Source: Diadema antillarum (Eukaryota). From it: 64,000 nucleotides of DNA. The stretch spans positions 1,922,001 to 1,986,000 of the forward strand of contig NW_027271024.1 of the NCBI RefSeq assembly GCF_040938485.1. Direction: 5' to 3'. The notes under the pieces are model-generated. The model was not told the DNA's origin, did no database searches, and was given only the letters and a program-made list of their open reading frames with translations. Positions 57,513 through 64,000 of the stretch are shown piece after piece; positions within the stretch are counted from its first letter, which is position 1, and every line of letters begins with the position of its first letter. Made by a program: the position numbers and the translations under genes.

Positions 57513-57925
57513 TCCCAGCTACATTTTGACGTTTTCTGAACGTTCAGGAAACGTTCCAAGTTCGTTATTTGGATATTTTGTCAAAATATTTTCAGAACGT
57601 CTTTTGTGGAAGGTTTCCGACGTATTGAAAACGTTTCAAATGGATTTTATGATTTTTTTAAACGTTAAAAAATAAAAAACCTTTCAGAATATTTGAGGAC
57701 CTGCAGAAAACCTTTTCGACGTTATACACGTCAGTGAAACCTTTTAAGAATATTCAAAACGTCCTCTGGACGTTCTCTGGACGTCCAGAAAACCTTTAAG
57801 AACCATGTAGACCGTTCAAAAACGTTTTAAGATCGTCTAAAAAGTCCTATGACCCGTTCCAGAACGTTTAGAGAACCTTTCATATCCGTCTAGAATGTCC
57901 AGACAACCTTTTAAGAACGTATAAT
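57513..57925. repeat. Degenerate ACGT/AACCTT-rich short-repeat region starting with CCCAGC (probable DNA-transposon subterminal array)
   Basis: Dense AACGTT, GACGT and AAACCTTT motifs against an otherwise CpG-poor background. Confidence 0.55.
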
Positions 57926-58469
57926 GTTTTTTTTTTATTGGGCCTTTGAAAAATTATAGTTATGAGATTATACAAACACAATCTTGGATTGATGTACCTT
58001 ATAAACCTAATCCTATTCTAATCTTTTCCTAATGTCCTACCGCTTATACTACATCCTATTCCCTATTGATGAATCTGAATCACATTCTATCATACCAGCA
58101 AAATGTTGTAATGCATGAAGACATGGTTACTAAAATTAGATTACATACACACACCTAATTTAGGCCTATTAACATATGAAAAAACCTCTTCTTAGTAGAA
58201 TTTTAAATTGTGAATAACTGAACAATAACGTATAGGTACTAAATCCATCAATAGTCAGTCAAAAGAGAAACAAACCTAGTAAATTTACAACGACACCATG
58301 ATCCATTGAACAGATAATGAAAGTTACATAATAAACTAATAACACACAGATAATACAGTACTCTACGCTTAATCGCGTACCGCTTAAACGGGTACTCCGC
58401 TGAATCGACTTAAAACACTTGCCGATGCGGGTTATATTTATAGAAATAATTAAAGGACACAGGGAACAC

Positions 58470-59290
58470 CTTATGACGGATAAGGTGACTATGCAACATT
58501 GTTGAGTTGATTTGAGTTGATTTGATTTATGGTTCCTGCATTATCGTTGTACATGCATGTAGGGTCATGTACACTGTGTGCACACATCGTCGGTACCATT
58601 GTACATACTATGTTGATTACAAAATACTTGTGTCTCCATTGGTTTTACAATAATATGCAACAAAACGTTCCATCGATTTACAATGAATGGTAAAGAAGTA
58701 TGCATCTGCTTAATTAATCTCCTTGATTTGATTGCAGCCCTTCATAGAAAATTTGAGGGAGGGATGGCTTGCGTAGAGATAGCAAAGAAGAATAGAGAAA
58801 GGAAAGGGGAGGTCTGTCTGCTTTGATCAGGGTTTTCACAAAGAACCATCGTAATTCATTTCTTTCTTAAACAGGGTTTGATTTTGTTTTCATAAACAAA
58901 GTGTCTTATTAATGTTCTAAGCAAAGAACACATGGGGTGTATAACCAGCAATTATCACGCATACTTATACTGCATCCTTTGAATCTTTTACACGTTGGGC
59001 AATATGAGAGCAAAATTCAAATTGACCAACTCTCTTTTTGGTAGTGATCTGTTATATGGCGAACACGTTCGATTGCTCGAGATAACTTATACCACGTGTA
59101 TATGATTGGTCGAAGGTGACTGTGAATCTGATATTCCCGCCGGGTATTTAACACTATCAGTACTTTCTAATATATCGTTTTACATTATTATTGATACTTT
59201 GTTTTTCAATTTTCGTTTTAGACCAAAGCATTACGCTAGTTTGGTCAGAATACAAAAACAAACTATTACTTTCTAACCTGCATCTTTCAA
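58470..59290 (+). repeat. Segmental duplication paralogous to 37605-39250 (without the LINE)
   Basis: Anchors GGTGACTATG, CATTATCGTTGTAC, GGAGGTCTGTCTG, CCATCGTAATT, GATTGCTCGAGATA, TCAGAATACAAAAACA. Confidence 0.88.
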
Positions 59291-62004
59291 TGATATCAAA
59301 ATAACTGACAATTTTATTGGATTTTTTTTTTTTGTACGAGTCCATTTGTAAGCAATACTGTATTATCCGCATATAATGACAATTCCGTAAAAAAATTATA
59401 TTCCACAATTGAAAATTTTCAATTTCAAAATATACAATCAAGAAATCAGAGGGTCCAGAATGGACCTTTAAAGACCCCTGATTTCATAACAACATGTGAA
59501 TCGTACTTTTGATTGAAAGATGTACACTGTATTCCTTCATGAAAATAACATATAAATCAATCATACTCACAACTTGAAATTCCTAAACATTCTACTTTTC
59601 TAGGTATCTAATATTGTGAGGAATAACATCGAACGCCTTTTTCCAACAAATAATCTAGTATATCTGTTTCACATCACACTGTAGAATGTGATGCAATAGT
59701 GCCAAACTGTGTTGAAATAAGAAAAATAATACAAACAAAATGTTTACACCTACTTGTACTTTCTCTTGACCTCTGTCCGTAGCAAGACATCTTAGGTCAT
59801 TGTAAATGCATAATTATCATGTCAGTCTCAACACTGCAACTTATCTGATTCCAGGTATGCGTGATTTGATTGATTTGATTGATTTGATTGATTTGGTATT
59901 TGATTGGCACGTGCTCGCTGCCACTCTACGTTAAACTTTGCAAGCCTTGTTGTTGGTCTGTATAGCTTCTCAATAATTCTGAATCTAAGCCTGATTGTTT
60001 AATAAGAGGATCAACTTGTGCAAGTTTGAATAGATCCTTATCTCAACAGGGTTTCAACAGAGAAGAGGATTAAATAATGCGTGTGAACACTTGCAGGAGT
60101 TTATGCCCAGAAGTCGTTCTTACCGAGGGGTCAAAGTTCAAAATTCGTTACCAATTAACTTGAAAGTAATGTGTAACCTTAATCTTATAGGTAATACTTT
60201 CGAAATATTAATCTTAGATCTATGTGTTTTAGTTATGTATATGTGATTCTGTATGTATACGAATATTGTGCATATGCATGTGAGCGTGGATGAAATCAAT
60301 TATCACATGTTTACATGAAATATAAAATGACAAAACGAAAATTTATTTGTGCTTGTACTTGCTAAATAATCTTGATCGTTTCTTGTTTTGTATTAATTAT
60401 GATGTTCCGTTATAACATTATTCTTCGTTGTTTTCCTTTTTGACATTCATTTTCAACCCAATCATTGTTATCATTATTTTGTGTTTATGATTGGATTGTT
60501 GTGCTGTATATAGTTATTATTTTCTACTGTTTGTGTTGATTCGTTTGTACTTTTGAATCTTTAATTGTTATGACTTCTATGCACGGAACCGTGGGAAACA
60601 GCTTATGCAGAGTGACACTTCCCGTGTTGAAATGAAGAAATGAATCATGAATGAATGTCGGTAAATGTATTGCACATTCGGATTCACGGTATTCTATTAA
60701 CAGGAGGCCAGGAAACGAGGAGTGTTTTTGCTTTCCGCCATTGCCACAATCTAAATTATAGATTTATAATTCAGCAGCAATTCACTCCAGCAATATAAGG
60801 CAGAGCGTGTAGCTGTTGCTGTTAGCATATTAACAGCCTGTATTATGATTTCGTTCTTCTCCTGCTCATGCCTGTGTTAATTCTACATGTCATAGATTTC
60901 ATGAAATGTTTACATCACGGAGCACGCATGAAGAGAGACAAAATCTAAGTGTTAACTCGTCGAGGCATTAGAATCCGATTTATTGCTTCTAGCTCCCACG
61001 TATGTCATATCATTTACTTCACTTTTATGGGAACTTATCAACAATTTCCCCTACAATTTCTGACTTCATTTTGTTTCTTCTTTTTAATATTTTAATCCAG
61101 GTGTTATGCTCCAAGGGATAGAAGTTGTAGTAGTAATATTAATAATGATAACAATAACAGCATTAATATGAATGGTAATATTGATATCAACGTTAACAAT
61201 AATATTAATGCTGTTGGAACAACAATAATGATAATGATAACGATAATAATCATCATCATGAAAACGATAGCGGATATAATAGTAATTATGGTCTTCTTTA
61301 TTCAGGGTAGGTTTTTCAGTGTTGACACTGTACTGCCAGAAGGCTCTACCAATATTATTACCCTGGATAGCGTTAACAGGTACTGATATTGAATTGAATT
61401 GAATTTATTTGATCGGCACAAAAAAAAAAAAACATCAAAGAATGACAATGATAAGCAATTATGACAATGATAACCAATAATGACAAAACACCGAGTAAAG
61501 GAATATAAGGAATACATAATATCTACATAATATCTGATAAGCTGAAGAGAAGCAGCCAACGAAGTTTCCTTAAAATCTGGCCGACACACGTAAACATTGG
61601 AAAAATGCCTTTATGGTAATCATTTTCATACTTATCTTCTTTTTTTTTTAAACAAAGACATGAACAAATAACAGATGTAAGAACAGAGCAAAAAAAGATA
61701 ATCTACAGCAATGATACACGAACACTACATTTACATCACAGAGGCAGTTCAAAAACACAGTGAATTATAATCATTAGATGAGATAATGCCAGCCAAGTAT
61801 GTTGAGAAGTTATGAATGATAATTCTGTATGAATTCTCCTTCAGTTTATGTTTGAATACATGAATAAAAGAGGTAGCTTTACAAACATCGTCTGGTCTTA
61901 AATTCCATAGGCGGACCTTCATAAAACACAGATTTCTGAAATAATGATGTTCTTCCTTTGGGCATTTGAAGATTCTCAGCGTTTCTGGTTGGGTAGGAAT
62001 AAAT

Positions 62005-62251
62005 GAAGAGTTTGTTCGCAAAAACCGATAAGTCCATTTTTGAAGATTTTGAAGTACGGTCTCTGTCATAAAGTACAAAATAATACCTTTTAAATGATAT
62101 ATTGGTCACTACATATAAAGGTACATTTTTGAAGTTATGGTCAAAAGAAGCAAAAATTTTCTTATTATTCTCTTTATTTTTCTTGACCTTTAATCGCAAA
62201 TATCTCCATTTGGCAAATATGGACTTATCGGTTTTTGCGAACAAACTCTTC
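62005..62251. mobile_element. 247-bp family A MITE, intact, perfect 32-bp TIRs, AAAT TSD
   Basis: AAAT|GAAGAGTTTGTTCGCAAAAACCGATAAGTCCA...TGGACTTATCGGTTTTTGCGAACAAACTCTTC|AAAT; empty paralogous site near 47890. Confidence 0.92.
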
Positions 62252-63398
62252 AAATATTGATATTGCAATCTAAAGTGAAATAATACAGCAGAGCCTGGGT
62301 ACAAGCTTTCTGTGCCATAAAAACATGAGGCGAGAGGGCCACTCTCTAAAAAAAAATTGAGTGAAAATATTCACTCTTAAAGGAAAAAAAAAGTGTATTT
62401 AGAGTGGAATTGGAGTGAATTTTGAGTGAAAATGTTCATTTTCACTCGTTTATCAAGCAAAGTCTTATACATGTTTTTTTTTTCGTCTCGATGTACACAC
62501 ACATTATTGTTTTAATATCGACTTAGTTGTTCAATCAGACATACCTTTAAACAATATGTATTTAGTAGGCCCTATATTAGTATAGGTAAAGTTTGTTCTT
62601 ATACCTATATTCCAGTATTCATTTAATAATGTTTTTACCGAGCATATAAGATATCATGATTATAAACGAACAAGTTTATACAACATGCTTACGAGATGAC
62701 ACAAACGCAAATGTTATGCGTTGACATTCCTCTTCGTCATGCATTGTGATTGCTGTACCGTTCAGTTACACATCTGAGTTGTTCGGTCACACATGCGTTT
62801 TAAACAATACATGTGTAATCATGATATTGACGCTATAATTTATAAAGTTTAGTCGTATACCTTTTTTTCCCCAGTATGTATTCATTTAATTGATCTGACC
62901 GATCATATAAGATGCATACAAATACGACCTATACATGGTATACCGTTGATGTACGTTTATGAAATGATACAAACAAAAAAACCTGTATAGAAGTACGATA
63001 TAATGTATATGGTTATCCATCTTTATCATATACCATCGTGATTGCATTATGATTGCATTAGTTGCAATGATCTTTTTAGCCATGGAATGTCTGTGACTTT
63101 ATCATAACACGCGTTCAGTTTGTATATTAATGAACAAAATGGTTTTTACACAACTGTAATATACGGACAATTTTAATTACCGTCGATTGTTCTTGGACAG
63201 TTATGTTAATTCATAAGTAAAGTGACGAAGGGTGACTATAGTCCTTTAATTATATATAAATAATGTATCAAATAGAAAGCAAATTAGAGAAAGGACATTT
63301 TGAGTAAAAGTGACAGAAAGGTGTGATAATGTGAGTAAAGCTATCACCTGATCACTGTCTTTCTCATGATTGTTATCATTATCGGTAATAGGCTTTAC

Positions 63399-63578
63399 CA
63401 GTGGCGGATCCAGAGGGGGGCGCAACAGGCGCACGCCCCCCCCCCCCCTTTATTTTTCATAAAAAGCAAAAGAAATAAAAAGAAAAACAATGAAATGAAA
63501 CCCGGAAGTGGCACCAGAAATATTAGTCACGCCCCCCCCCCCCCCCCCCCCTTTACAGAATTCCTGGATCCGCCCCTG
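63399..63578. mobile_element. 180-bp hAT-like MITE
   Basis: CAGTGGCGGATCCAG...CTGGATCCGCCCCTG (14/15); absent from paralogous flanks at about 40297 and 49065. Confidence 0.8.
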
Positions 63579-64000
63579 TTCACTGTAAGGTTATTACCCA
63601 GTAGTGAGCTGGGATTTTAGGTCCAGTGATTTAATGTGTTTGTGTGTATTTGGAAGTACGCCAGAATACACTGAGCAGATTAACCTTGATATTGCTTGAC
63701 ATCTGTGTATGAAATCAAATCATGTAAACGAGAAAAATTCTCTCCGCTAGATCTAGCTGATGAAAGCTCTTTCTGATTTTTGCTTATCAGTCGAGAATAA
63801 AAATATCCATGGTTGACCTAAAAGCAAATCAAGCAATCAATCTATCAATCAATAAGAAAATGTGGAACATCTTGAATATAAAAATTATGACAGCTTTAAA
63901 AGAATTCCTTGTTATGCAAGAAGTAAGGTATCGCTTAAAAGGCATTATTTTGCTCTATCGGATGATGGACTACCTTTCTAGCTAGCGATCAAAATCTTCA

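Larger units (their letters stand above)
60340..63680 (+). repeat. Segmental duplication paralogous to 46190-49200
   Basis: Same anchors, plus two lineage-specific MITE insertions. Confidence 0.92.

Noticed and set aside
59442-59485. Hairpin GAAATCAGAGGGTC...GACCCCTGATTTC
   Set aside because: Isolated, with no ncRNA, Helitron or terminator context to support a function.
60128-60140. DR1 nuclear-receptor motif GGGTCAAAGTTCA
   Set aside because: Single occurrence, not conserved in paralogous units; such words are common in invertebrate repeats.

Overview
Eukaryotic, AT-rich, repeat-dense genomic DNA; the repeat landscape and intronless GPCR array suggest an echinoderm, probably a sea urchin (inference). 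Left third: the 5' part of a minus-strand POLE gene (DNA polymerase epsilon catalytic subunit). I could assemble 21 GT-AG exons (ATG at 20268, 2852 coding nt, about 950 aa) that join in frame and cover the exonuclease domain, the P-domain Cys cluster and polymerase motifs A-C; the gene continues off the left edge. Right two-thirds: a tandem array of four intronless minus-strand class A (rhodopsin-like) orphan GPCR genes in duplicated units of about 6-9 kb. One copy has a 63-nt in-frame deletion, one unit has lost its receptor, and flank homology predicts a fifth copy beyond the right edge. Introns and intergenic DNA hold many non-autonomous DNA transposons (TTAA-, TA-, AWWT- and CAG-target types, some nested), LINE fragments, microsatellites and one 352-N gap. 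No rRNA, tRNA, CRISPR or prokaryote-type system is supported. Most unusual observations: (1) a POLE 3' splice site whose polypyrimidine tract appears separated from its AG by a 477-nt AG-free (CAT)n array; (2) patchwork sequence exchange and loss of canonical activation motifs in the GPCR array; (3) two unrelated MITE families sharing a 32-bp TIR architecture. All coordinates and counts were made by eye.
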